64,000 nucleotides of DNA, from the NCBI GenBank assembly GCA_019309565.1, contig JAFDFZ010000016.1, positions 10,155 through 74,154 on the forward strand. The letters run 5' to 3'. How positions within the stretch are numbered: the stretch's first letter is position 1; the number at the start of each line of letters is the position of its first letter. This DNA comes from Deltaproteobacteria bacterium (GTDB lineage Bacteria > Desulfobacterota > Desulfobacteria > Desulfobacterales > SURF-15). Below the pieces are notes generated by a model that did no database searches, was not told the DNA's origin, and worked only from the letters and a program-made list of their open reading frames with translations. The position numbers and the translations under genes were made by a program. Shown one piece after another: positions 18,129 to 26,605 of the stretch.

Positions 18129-18378
18129 CTATAAATAGTTAAATGCCCAAATTAGCTTTACAAATATACCAACTGTTTTCATATGACAACAGGCATCCTT
18201 TTTCATGAGTTTAACGTGCTTAAAAACGATTACTGCAGCAGATTAAGATATGTCGTGCACCGAGCAGTTGTTTTAACCGATATTTAAAAGGTATGGCAAA
18301 CCTGCAAATGCTTTGCTATAACCATTTCAAATCGTATTTAACCCTGAAGCGGGAATATAGAGATAAGTCACAGCTTTG

Positions 18379-18566
18379 TAATTAGTGTCCATCCATAAAT
18401 GGTCTTTTTCCCGTTGGGCGGCGTTCTCCGCGGGTTTCCGGCTGCGACGTACGATTTGTACGCCTCGCCGCAAACCCTTGTGTGGCCTTGCCCAACGAAA
18501 AAAATCCTCATTTATGAATTGGACACCCAATAGTGCTTCCTACGATTTGTGGATGGGCACTAATTA
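18379..18566 (+). repeat. MITE-like element, copy A (188 bp) with 22-bp imperfect terminal inverted repeats
   Basis: TAATTAGTGTCCATCCATAAAT (18379-18400) matches the reverse complement of ATTTGTGGATGGGCACTAATTA (18545-18566) at 20/22 positions. The interior is collinear with the diverged, inverted copy at 22691-22927. Confidence 0.6.
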
Positions 18567-18608
18567 GAACACTCATGTCGATCCGAGAAGAAGATAAGGC
18601 AGGAGACG

Positions 18609-19997
18609 ATGAACATCATCATGATCATGTGTGACAGTTTAAGACAGGACCATCTAGGATGTTACGGAAACGACTGGATCGAGACGCCCAACATCGACAA
18701 GCTGGCAGGCGACTGCGTTGTTTTTGAAAATGCGTATCCCGAGGGACTTCCCACGCTGCCGGTGCGGACGGCTCTTTTTACGGGAAACTACACCCTGACC
18801 AATCGTTTCTGGCAGGAGCTCACCCCCCAGGATGTAACCATGGCCGAAATTCTCGATGAGCTCGATTACAAATCCGCCATGATTACCGATACGTTTCATT
18901 TGTTTAAGCCGAATATGAATTATCATCGAGGCTTTCACAATTTCCGCTGGATTCGCGGCCAATCGATCGACGCCTATGAAGTCAGACCCCACGGAAAGGA
19001 TCTAACAAAATACATAAGCCCCAAAATGGAAGGAGCATGGACTATTCGAATCCTGGATCAATATTTGAGAAACATCGCCGGACGTGATCCAGATGATGAA
19101 GAACAATATTTTGCAGCGCTTGTTCGCAGGGAAAGTGTTCAATGGCTCAAATACGCCCATGATTCCTGCCAGCCCTTTTTCCTCTATGTCGATTTTTTCG
19201 ACCCGCATGAACCCTGGGATCCACCCCCAGCATTCGCCAGCAAATACGTTGATCCCGACTATAGGGGGCCCAGGATCATCAATCCCAAGATCGGGCCATG
19301 TGACTGGATGACCGAAGCGGAACTGAAAAACTGCCGTGCCCTGTACGCGGCAGAAGTGTCCTTTCTGGACAAGCAAATCGGGATACTACTCGATCATATC
19401 GAGTCACTGGGGCTTTTGGATGACTCTGTTCTTATTTTACTGGCCGACCACGGAATTCCTCTGGGCGAGCACGGAAGCATATTGAAAGGGGTTGACCAAC
19501 TGTACGGCGAGATCTTGAGAATCCCATTCATGATCCGATTTCCCGGAAAAGAACATGCAGGAAAACGGATCAAGGCAATCGTTGAAGTGGTAGATGTTCT
19601 TCCCACCCTGCTGCATGTGATCGGTTGTGGAAACGAAGCCGAATATATGCATGGAAAGAATCTTTTGCCCTTGATTACGGGGCAGTGTGAAAAAATCCAT
19701 GATTATGCGATTTGCGGTTTTTTTTCCACCGACCAGCGATGTATCAGAAACGAAACATGGAGTTATATCCGGCGGGCCGCCGAGGGAAAAACAGATGAGC
19801 TATATAACTTGATAGAGGATCCAAAAGAGAAGACAAACCTCATCGATCAATATCCGGATACGGCAAAAGAAATGTATGAGGCCCTTCCGAAGATATTCAA
19901 CATTCGATTGCAAAAAGAACACCACTACCAGATGAAATGGGATGTGCCCGGGCTGGTAGAAGGGCGATTCCCACCACTGAGGTTATGGAAAAAATAA
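18609..19997 (+). CDS. sulfatase-like alkaline-phosphatase-superfamily hydrolase, Thr at the formylglycine position
   Basis: The third paralogue, with MCDSLRQDH, PTLPVRTALFTG (T-x-P-x-R-x4-TG) and an ADHG motif. Confidence 0.88.
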   Translation: MNIIMIMCDSLRQDHLGCYGNDWIETPNIDKLAGDCVVFENAYPEGLPTLPVRTALFTGNYTLTNRFWQELTPQDVTMAEILDELDYKSAMITDTFHLFKPNMNYHRGFHNFRWIRGQSIDAYEVRPHGKDLTKYISPKMEGAWTIRILDQYLRNIAGRDPDDEEQYFAALVRRESVQWLKYAHDSCQPFFLYVDFFDPHEPWDPPPAFASKYVDPDYRGPRIINPKIGPCDWMTEAELKNCRALYAAEVSFLDKQIGILLDHIESLGLLDDSVLILLADHGIPLGEHGSILKGVDQLYGEILRIPFMIRFPGKEHAGKRIKAIVEVVDVLPTLLHVIGCGNEAEYMHGKNLLPLITGQCEKIHDYAICGFFSTDQRCIRNETWSYIRRAAEGKTDELYNLIEDPKEKTNLIDQYPDTAKEMYEALPKIFNIRLQKEHHYQMKWDVPGLVEGRFPPLRLWKK

Positions 19998-20018
19998 GAG
20001 CCGAGGAGGCAATAAGAG

Positions 20019-20855
20019 ATGGAACATGTAAAAGACAATGTGTATGCAGAATTGATCTCACCGGGATGCAACGTGGGCATCATCACAACGGAGAAGGGAA
20101 CGGTTATCGTCGACACCCCCCTGCTTTTAAGCCAGGCAAAAGCCATACGCGATGAGCTGGCATCTCAAAACCAAAAACCTGTTCGATTCATTATCATCTC
20201 CCACCCCCATGGTGATCACATTATCGGCACCGATCTTTTCGAACAGGATGTATTGATCATCGGCAACCGGAAGGCATATGAAAAAATGGGAAAACACGAT
20301 CCATCCTGGGTGCGGGAATGGGTAAAATCATGGAACTGGGAAAATCAGGATGAAATCGAAGAGATGGCAGCAGCCCACATATCGGTGCCCGAAATCATAT
20401 TCGCCAGCGAGTTGACCATGGAGCTGGCGGGGGTTGAAATACAGATCCTGCCGCTTCCGGGCCACATGGCCGAGGTTGTCGGTGTGTTCGTCCCCAAAGC
20501 AGGGGTTCTCATTACGGGTGATGCCCTGTTCAATGAGCACCATCCATATATGGGGGAGGCCAATGTTGCTTTGTGGCTTGAAAGCCTTGAAAAGATGCGT
20601 GCTCTTAAGCCTGCGCGCATCATTCCGGGCCATGGTCCTGTATGCGGGCTTGAAGCTGTCGACAGGCAGCAGCGTTACATGGAAAAGATCATTGCTATCC
20701 GCGAGAGCTGGAATCCAGAGGAGGGTGAAAAGACCATCAATGCCCATGCGCTTTCCGAGATCATATCCTATTATCCGCTGCACGGCCGTCCTGAAGAGAT
20801 GATGAGAGCCCGTATTGTAGAGAGTATCCGCGTGGCAGGGCAGCCGCGGTTTTAA
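20019..20855 (+). CDS. MBL-fold metallo-hydrolase
   Basis: H-x-H-x-D-H motif (ISHPHGDHIIG), and GAGGAGG lies upstream of the ATG. Confidence 0.88.
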   Translation: MEHVKDNVYAELISPGCNVGIITTEKGTVIVDTPLLLSQAKAIRDELASQNQKPVRFIIISHPHGDHIIGTDLFEQDVLIIGNRKAYEKMGKHDPSWVREWVKSWNWENQDEIEEMAAAHISVPEIIFASELTMELAGVEIQILPLPGHMAEVVGVFVPKAGVLITGDALFNEHHPYMGEANVALWLESLEKMRALKPARIIPGHGPVCGLEAVDRQQRYMEKIIAIRESWNPEEGEKTINAHALSEIISYYPLHGRPEEMMRARIVESIRVAGQPRF

Positions 20856-21010
20856 AGTAGCGAGGGCATTTATCACAGCCTGTCAAAGCGATGCGGAGAT
20901 CCCGCTTATCGCGGTGGGGCTGCAAGCTTTTCAATCCATTGCTCCCCGGATCATAGGCAGCTTAATGCCAAAAGTCAGTGTTGCCAAACAGGTCTTTTAA
21001 ACAGATTGGT

Positions 21011-22063
21011 CTATTCCATTCCCAGAATCGGTTTCAGGATCTCGATCTCTGCCTTGTCTTCCGGCATGAGATGCAGGTAAAGCCCGCGGGGATCCAGAGA
21101 ATCCATCAGAAGGCGCAGCTCATCGGCCGTGGCCGAGCCGTGGATCAGCAGCGGCCGATCCGCATCCTGAACCATCTTAAAATAAGGAATCATGTCCTTT
21201 ACAGGGATGTTGAACGATTCGATGTTGATCTCAAAGCAACGAAGCTCTTCGATCTCAAGAAAGGCATCCAGAAGAAACATTGATGTGGAGTGCAGATGGA
21301 TAAAGTTGCACTCAAACTGTTCGGCGATCATCCTGTCCACAGGCTGTACAAGTTTTCGATAAAGATCCGGTGAGAAGACAGCGGTGGCGTCTTCCTGCAT
21401 CCTGATGATGGGCCCAGGTGCCCAGAGCTGATACTGGGCGTCAAAATATCCGCCATGGTAAAGGGGGATGCGTTTCCAGGCCTCCGCAAAGATATGTCCC
21501 ATATGTGCCAGAAGTTCAGCGGATCTTTCAGGTTCATCCATCAGATCAACAAGACTTTCGCTGTGCCCCCGCAAAAGGGCATGGAGGTCTGTGGGGCCAA
21601 GCTCAGCCCCATGGCTTACGGGATAGCGTCCGTTCGAGCGCTCGATAAGAGCATCCATAAATTCCTTGTATTTCTCAAACCAGGGGCTATCGTGATCCAG
21701 TTTTTTGCGCAGCGCCTCTTCCCACGAAAGTTTCTGCTCTTCTCCCAGCACGTTGTCGGGCAAGACGCGTATTTTACAGCCCAATATGGCAGGTAGAAAG
21801 CAGGGAAACGCCACCTGGATCGGACACGCTCCCCTTAGCATGTCGTCATGGACCTCCTCTCCTTCCCTTAACAGTTGCTCGTAGTCATCCAGCCATTCTT
21901 CCGGTTTAAGCATCTGCGGTGTAATATACTGATTTACCTTCCATGATTTGCATGCGGTAAATGAAAACCCCACAAGGGACCGCTTAACCTCATCCCTGTT
22001 CCAGAGTGCCTGGTGCCGTTTGAATTTTACCGGATCATTGCCGAACTCATATTTTGTTGTCAT
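21011..22063 (-). CDS. hypothetical protein; weak resemblance to URO-D/MtaA-type TIM-barrel proteins
   Basis: 350 aa. Start is at 22063 (GGAAAAGGAGG upstream); the ORF-track start 22246 runs into the inverted-repeat region. Only the FIHLHSTSMFLLDAFLEIEEL segment recalls the xHxCG strand of URO-D-fold enzymes. Confidence 0.7.
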   Translation of the reverse strand: MTTKYEFGNDPVKFKRHQALWNRDEVKRSLVGFSFTACKSWKVNQYITPQMLKPEEWLDDYEQLLREGEEVHDDMLRGACPIQVAFPCFLPAILGCKIRVLPDNVLGEEQKLSWEEALRKKLDHDSPWFEKYKEFMDALIERSNGRYPVSHGAELGPTDLHALLRGHSESLVDLMDEPERSAELLAHMGHIFAEAWKRIPLYHGGYFDAQYQLWAPGPIIRMQEDATAVFSPDLYRKLVQPVDRMIAEQFECNFIHLHSTSMFLLDAFLEIEELRCFEINIESFNIPVKDMIPYFKMVQDADRPLLIHGSATADELRLLMDSLDPRGLYLHLMPEDKAEIEILKPILGME

Positions 22064-22225
22064 GCTAAGAGCCTCCTTTTCCTTGTAACAGAGCAATCGA
22101 ATACTTACTACACTTGCATAGGATTTCAAACAGTTCAAAGAATCGAGGTATGGGTCATGTCGTTTCCTGTTAAGAAAACCGTAACATTTTATCCCTTTAA
22201 AAACTACGGTTATGGATTGTACGGT

Positions 22226-22337
22226 CCCGTCACCGGTGAAATTCACTTTTGGGACCGGGAAACTGTCTGAGAAAATTAGGGTGAGCCCTTATTTTCGAGT
22301 TTTTCCCGCTGAAAAAGTGAATTTCACCGGTGACGGG
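22226..22337. repeat. perfect 25-bp inverted repeat with 62-bp spacer
   Basis: CCCGTCACCGGTGAAATTCACTTTT (22226-22250) is the exact reverse complement of 22313-22337. Confidence 0.85.
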
Positions 22338-22690
22338 GCATTTTTTCAAACACCTAAATTGATACAAAAAATTCAAGGCTGCTCAAATAGTTGATCTTGT
22401 TAACTGAAAAGCCATTGAAACCGCCTATAATTATTACGGTATTGAGCCCCAAAACATCTCTGAGCGCATCGGCATCATTTTGGTTTCTCTCTTTTTTTAC
22501 GTTATCTACACACTGTGGTACGGATTTTCCATCCTCGATTTGTTTGAAGGGTGGAGATTGAGGGTAGGGCATTAGGGCTCTATGTCGTTGATGATTCGAC
22601 TTTTTAAAGACCTGCTCAGAAATCGAAAAGGCAGGGCTGCTGCCGAGGTAAAACCACCAGGACTCGTTATTCAACAACAGGGTGAATTCT

Positions 22691-22927
22691 TAGATAGTGT
22701 CCATACCAAAATCCTATTGAGCACCGGGATGTATCCAATTCATATATGAGGATTTTTTCCCTTGGACAAGTTGAAGGCATCCTTTTTCAAATCAGAGGTG
22801 AAATCCCGTCTCAAGACGGGAGCCGCATAAGGGTTTGCGGCGAGGCTGACCCATCGTACCTCGTAGCCGGAACCCCGCTTAAGGACACCGTGCAACAGAA
22901 AAGGAGCATTTACGGATGACCGCCAGA
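22691..22927 (-). repeat. MITE-like element, copy B (diverged, inverted, with a ~50-bp insertion)
   Basis: Blocks shared with copy A, in the same order on the opposite strand, are CCTCGCCGCAAACCCTT (17 nt exact), AAAAAATCCTCAT (13), TATGAATTGGA (11), TTCCGGCT and GTACGAT. The end at 22691 (TAGATAGTGTCCATACC) resembles the copy-A terminal repeat. Confidence 0.5.
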
Positions 22928-23011
22928 CAAGGCCACTGAATAGAATCTGTCGTTTAAAACAGTTTGACTGTCGCACATGATCAAATTCATTTCCTCGGGA
23001 AACCATCGTTT

Positions 23012-23037
23012 TTTACATTCTGTAAAATAACTCGACA
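23012..23037 (+). promoter_or_regulatory. upstream activator-like dyad motif, copy 1 (TTTACATTCTGTAAAATAACTCGACA)
   Basis: One of four near-identical 26-mers. It lies 122 bp upstream of the sigma-54 element at 23134. Confidence 0.65.
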
Positions 23038-23133
23038 CTTTAGACGCTGTTGATACGCAGACTCAAATGAGAGAGCCGCAAAAAATGTTTGAAATATCGT
23101 AGTGTAACCTCATTTTGGTTTAAATGGCATCTT

Positions 23134-23148
23134 TGGCACGCGCTTTGC
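23134..23148 (+). promoter_or_regulatory. sigma-54 (-24/-12) promoter TGGCAC-N5-TTGC
   Basis: TGGCACGCGCTTTGC is an exact match to the TGGCAC-N5-TTGC consensus, and it lies 182 nt upstream of the CBS/ACT gene. Confidence 0.7.
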
Positions 23149-23329
23149 GCTTTTTAAATATTAATATCAACCAGTGTATAGATCAAACGATCCACAATAA
23201 ACGATATCACACTTCTGTTGAGTATACGAAGGTCAGAGCAGCGTTATTGATTCTTTTCTGGAGGTTTGAAATGTCATCCAAATTACTTAAGCCGAAGCAC
23301 AACAATGAAAACAAAAAGGAGAAGCTACC

Positions 23330-24007
23330 ATGTTAGTCAAAGATTGGATGAGTCGACCTGTCATAACGGTCGATGAAAATGACTCCATACAGGGTGCCAT
23401 GGGTTTATTAAAGAAACACAATATTCGAATGCTGCCCGTCTTCAAAAGTGGAAAATTAACCGGTATCATTACAGATCGCGATTTAAAGCGGGCGTCTGCT
23501 TCCGATGCCAGCACGCTTGAAATTCATGAACTATTGTACTTACTTACCAAAATAAAGGTGCGGGAAATTATGACAAAAAACCCAATCACTGTTCCTCTGG
23601 ATTTTACTGTGGAAGAAACCGCCGAAGTATTATTGCAACACAAAATTAACGGCGTACCTGTAATGGACAAGGAGGGGAAACTTGTGGGGGTCATCACCCA
23701 AACCGATCTTTTCAGAGTGATCATCTCTTTGACCGGAGTCGGGAAAAGAGGCATACAGTTCGGTTTCAAACTGGAAGACCGACCTGGTTCCATTAAAGAT
23801 GTTGCTGATGTGATTCGCGCATACGGGGGTAAGATGGTCAGCATTCTCACCTCATACGATGGTGCACCGAAAGGATACCGCTGGGCGTATATCCGTATAT
23901 ACGACATCGATCGTTCCAAATTGGAAAATCTCAAACAAGATCTGAAAACACAAGGGCCATTACTTTATATGGTCGATCATCGTGAAAATAGAAGAGAAAT
24001 CTACTAA
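23330..24007 (+). CDS. CBS-pair plus ACT-like domain protein (AcuB-like)
   Basis: Two CBS repeats (VITVDENDSI...GIITDRDL; ITVPLDFTVEE...GVITQTDL) and a C-terminal ~80-aa ACT-like segment. AAGGAG lies 8 nt upstream of the start. Confidence 0.85.
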   Translation: MLVKDWMSRPVITVDENDSIQGAMGLLKKHNIRMLPVFKSGKLTGIITDRDLKRASASDASTLEIHELLYLLTKIKVREIMTKNPITVPLDFTVEETAEVLLQHKINGVPVMDKEGKLVGVITQTDLFRVIISLTGVGKRGIQFGFKLEDRPGSIKDVADVIRAYGGKMVSILTSYDGAPKGYRWAYIRIYDIDRSKLENLKQDLKTQGPLLYMVDHRENRREIY

Positions 24008-24608
24008 TTCAGATATCGAACCGTCTCCTGAAGGAAGCAGCCCGGATCTGTATTCCTATGCACCGTTTTCTGGTTCGGTGGAAACATCTAAATCCATTCG
24101 CTTTCCACAGCAGATCGTTACCGATGAAGGCATCGAGATTTCCATCCGTCCTGTCCGTCCGGATGATGTTGCCTTATTGAAGTCACTTTTTGAATCGCTC
24201 TCCCCGGAAAGCATCTATTTCCGTTTTTTTGCGCCGATAAAGGATTTTCCGGATCATATGCTGGAAAGCTTTGCACGGATCAATGAGGATTGTGAAATTG
24301 CATTAACCGCCCTCGATCGGTCCGGGAAGATGCTCGGCATTTGCTGTATTGCTATCATGGAAGACGGGATCCGGGGAGAATTTGCGGTTCTCATAGGCGA
24401 CCCCTGGCACGGCAAAGGAATCGGCGCCGAATTGCTGAAACATTGCCTATCTCTTGCCAAAGATCGTCGGGTTGAGGTGGTATGGGGCAGAGTTTTACCG
24501 GGAAATACAAAGATGTTGGCCCTGGGAAGAAAATTGGGATTTACGTTGAAACAAGTCCCGGATGATAATGAGTATGAACTGCTTATCGATCTTCGGAAAA
24601 AAAATTAA
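23982..24608 (+). CDS. GNAT-family N-acetyltransferase (Pat C-terminal-domain-like)
   Basis: IRPVRPDDVALLKSLFESLSPESIYFRFF and the acetyl-CoA loop HGKGIGAELL. GTG start overlapping the upstream gene. Confidence 0.8.
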   Translation: MKIEEKSTNSDIEPSPEGSSPDLYSYAPFSGSVETSKSIRFPQQIVTDEGIEISIRPVRPDDVALLKSLFESLSPESIYFRFFAPIKDFPDHMLESFARINEDCEIALTALDRSGKMLGICCIAIMEDGIRGEFAVLIGDPWHGKGIGAELLKHCLSLAKDRRVEVVWGRVLPGNTKMLALGRKLGFTLKQVPDDNEYELLIDLRKKN

Positions 24609-24642
24609 GCAGTTTTTAATTTCGAAAATGCTTCCTAGTCCC

Positions 24643-25488
24643 TCAATACTCTTTCGGCATATGATTGAGTTGATCCAGGGTAAATACCGGACCATCCTTG
24701 CATACGAATTCCTTCCCGATATTGCATCGGCCGCATATCCCGATGCCGCATTTCATTCGCATTTCAAGAGACATGATAATGTGATCGGGGGCATACCTCA
24801 GTTTATCCATGACGGGCTGTGTGAATTTTATCATGATCGGAGGACCGCAAATAATGGCGTAGGTATCGATGCCTCCCGGTGGCGCCTTCTGTTCGGTGAT
24901 GGCGGGCACGAATCCGATATGGTATTTCCAGTCCGGATCATTGGTACCATCCACGGTAATGTGCACGTTGATATCCTCCCGCTTTTCCCAGGCAGCCAGC
25001 TCCTCCCTGTACAGGAGCATCCCAGGCGTCCTGGCGCCGTAAATTACGTGAATGTCCTTGAACTTCGACCGATTGGCCGCATCAAGCATGTACACGATTG
25101 AAGAACGTAGCGTTGTGAAGGCAAAGCCGCCCCCGATGATCACGACATTCTTTCCCTCCAGGACATCCCATGGGTATGAATTGCCTAATGGGCCGCGGAT
25201 GCCCATAATATCGCCCACCTTCATGGAATGCAGATATGAAGAGACCAGCCCCACCTTGTTTACGGTAAATTTTACAAAACCTTTTTCGGTCGGCGACGAT
25301 GCAATGCCGATGGGAATTTCACCTTTCCCCGTTACGGAAAGCTCCGCAAATTGTCCGGCTTTATATGTGAACTTTTCTTCCTCCTCAGGATTTAAAAAGA
25401 CTAACTTGAATGTCTTGAGGTTCTTATCTTCCGTTTCGGTTATGATTTCATCGATTCGAACCGGATAAGGCAAATACGGATTTTGCAC
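24643..25488 (-). CDS. flxA: FAD/NAD(P)-binding oxidoreductase with C-terminal [2Fe-2S] (FlxA / AsrB / PyrK-like)
   Basis: Ferredoxin-reductase-type FAD and NAD folds (GQFAEL, VIIGGGFAFTTL) and a CGIGICGRCNIG cluster motif. It is the last gene of the hdr-flx string. GTG start with AAGGAG 6 nt upstream. Confidence 0.8.
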   Translation of the reverse strand: MQNPYLPYPVRIDEIITETEDKNLKTFKLVFLNPEEEEKFTYKAGQFAELSVTGKGEIPIGIASSPTEKGFVKFTVNKVGLVSSYLHSMKVGDIMGIRGPLGNSYPWDVLEGKNVVIIGGGFAFTTLRSSIVYMLDAANRSKFKDIHVIYGARTPGMLLYREELAAWEKREDINVHITVDGTNDPDWKYHIGFVPAITEQKAPPGGIDTYAIICGPPIMIKFTQPVMDKLRYAPDHIIMSLEMRMKCGIGICGRCNIGKEFVCKDGPVFTLDQLNHMPKEY

Positions 25489-25507
25489 GAGAGACTCCTT
25501 TATTATT

Positions 25508-26572
25508 TCACTTTACCGGGCAGGCTTCGGGATCATAGCTGTTCATCAATTCACAAATCCTTCGGATATCAATGTTGACAGGACATAAGCGAATACACCG
25601 GCCGCAACCGACACATTGAATTCCGTTTTTATACTTGTCCGGATAATACTTCAGCTTATGCATGAACCGCTGTCGAACCCGCTGATGTTTTTCCTCTCTT
25701 GGGTTGTGTCCGGACCCATGCAGCGTAAACAGCGGATACATGCAGCTGTCCCAGTTGCGCATGCGCACCCCCGAATCCCCATAAACTTCGTCCTGTATGT
25801 CGAAGCACCAGCATGTGGGACAAACATACGAGCACGTTCCGCAATTTATGCAAGAAAAAGAGATCTTTTCCCAAAACCGCGCATAAAAAAGCGCCGTAAT
25901 TGAAACATCCTTTAATTTATCGGTGCAAATCGTGGCGGTTGTCTTGGCTTCTGCTTTTTTCTTTAAGGCTTGAATCCGTTTCATTGCAGAATCGGCATCC
26001 GCTTCGGTTCCCCAGCCTGCAACGTGGATAAGTTTTTCGCCTCTGGCGGTAACGACTTTTGCAAAAAAATGACCGCCGTCATCAACAAGGAGAAGATCCA
26101 GTCCCTCTTCATGAAAAGGTCCGCATCCGGCACTCGTACAGAAACAAGTGCTGCAAGGTGTGTTGCAAGCAAGCCCTACCCATGTGGTTGCTTCGTAAGG
26201 TTTAATCCAATAAGGGTCCTTGTAATCAAGCGTATCGAAGTTCTTTTTGACCAGCAAAAAAGCCTTTGCATCACAGGGTCGGATACCGATGACAGCCCGG
26301 GGGGAATACGCTTTATCGATGGCCTTCATGAGGTGGTGATCGTCCCGGGTCTCATCCAGTGTATATTCGAACATGGCCTCAGACTGAGGATAGACCAGCG
26401 ATTTCGGTGAAAGGCGAGTATTTGAAAAACTAAAATCTGGTAACTCGCCTTTTTCGAGTGCTTTAAAGCTAAAAAAGGTGTTTTCCTTTTTCGGACCGAA
26501 TAATCGGTAGGATTCAGCGACATTCCCAAGACCATCGGCCCATTTTTCCTTATCGATCTTTATGATTTTCAT
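25508..26572 (-). CDS. flxB: iron-sulfur protein FlxB-like (AsrA-like, 2x[4Fe-4S])
   Basis: CINCGTCSYVCPTCWC and CVGCGRCIRLCP motifs. Its position between the flxC-like and flxA-like genes supports the call. Confidence 0.7.
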   Translation of the reverse strand: MKIIKIDKEKWADGLGNVAESYRLFGPKKENTFFSFKALEKGELPDFSFSNTRLSPKSLVYPQSEAMFEYTLDETRDDHHLMKAIDKAYSPRAVIGIRPCDAKAFLLVKKNFDTLDYKDPYWIKPYEATTWVGLACNTPCSTCFCTSAGCGPFHEEGLDLLLVDDGGHFFAKVVTARGEKLIHVAGWGTEADADSAMKRIQALKKKAEAKTTATICTDKLKDVSITALFYARFWEKISFSCINCGTCSYVCPTCWCFDIQDEVYGDSGVRMRNWDSCMYPLFTLHGSGHNPREEKHQRVRQRFMHKLKYYPDKYKNGIQCVGCGRCIRLCPVNIDIRRICELMNSYDPEACPVK

Positions 26573-26605
26573 AGCAGGTTGCCCTTATCGAAATTGCACC
26601 GGGTG

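Noticed and set aside
22790-22940. Possible cobalamin riboswitch: GGTGAAATCCC at 22797, AGCCGGAACCCCGC at about 22865, and GCCACTG at about 22932.
   Set aside because: The blocks are in the wrong order and spacing for the cobalamin riboswitch core. The region is not in the 5-prime UTR of any gene, and it is better explained as copy B of the repeat family.
22971-22976. The minus-strand sequence GTGCGAC resembles a group II intron 5-prime end, and a nearby hairpin vaguely resembles domain V.
   Set aside because: There is no intron-encoded reverse transcriptase or maturase ORF, no recognisable domain V/VI pair, and the match is only 5-6 nt.
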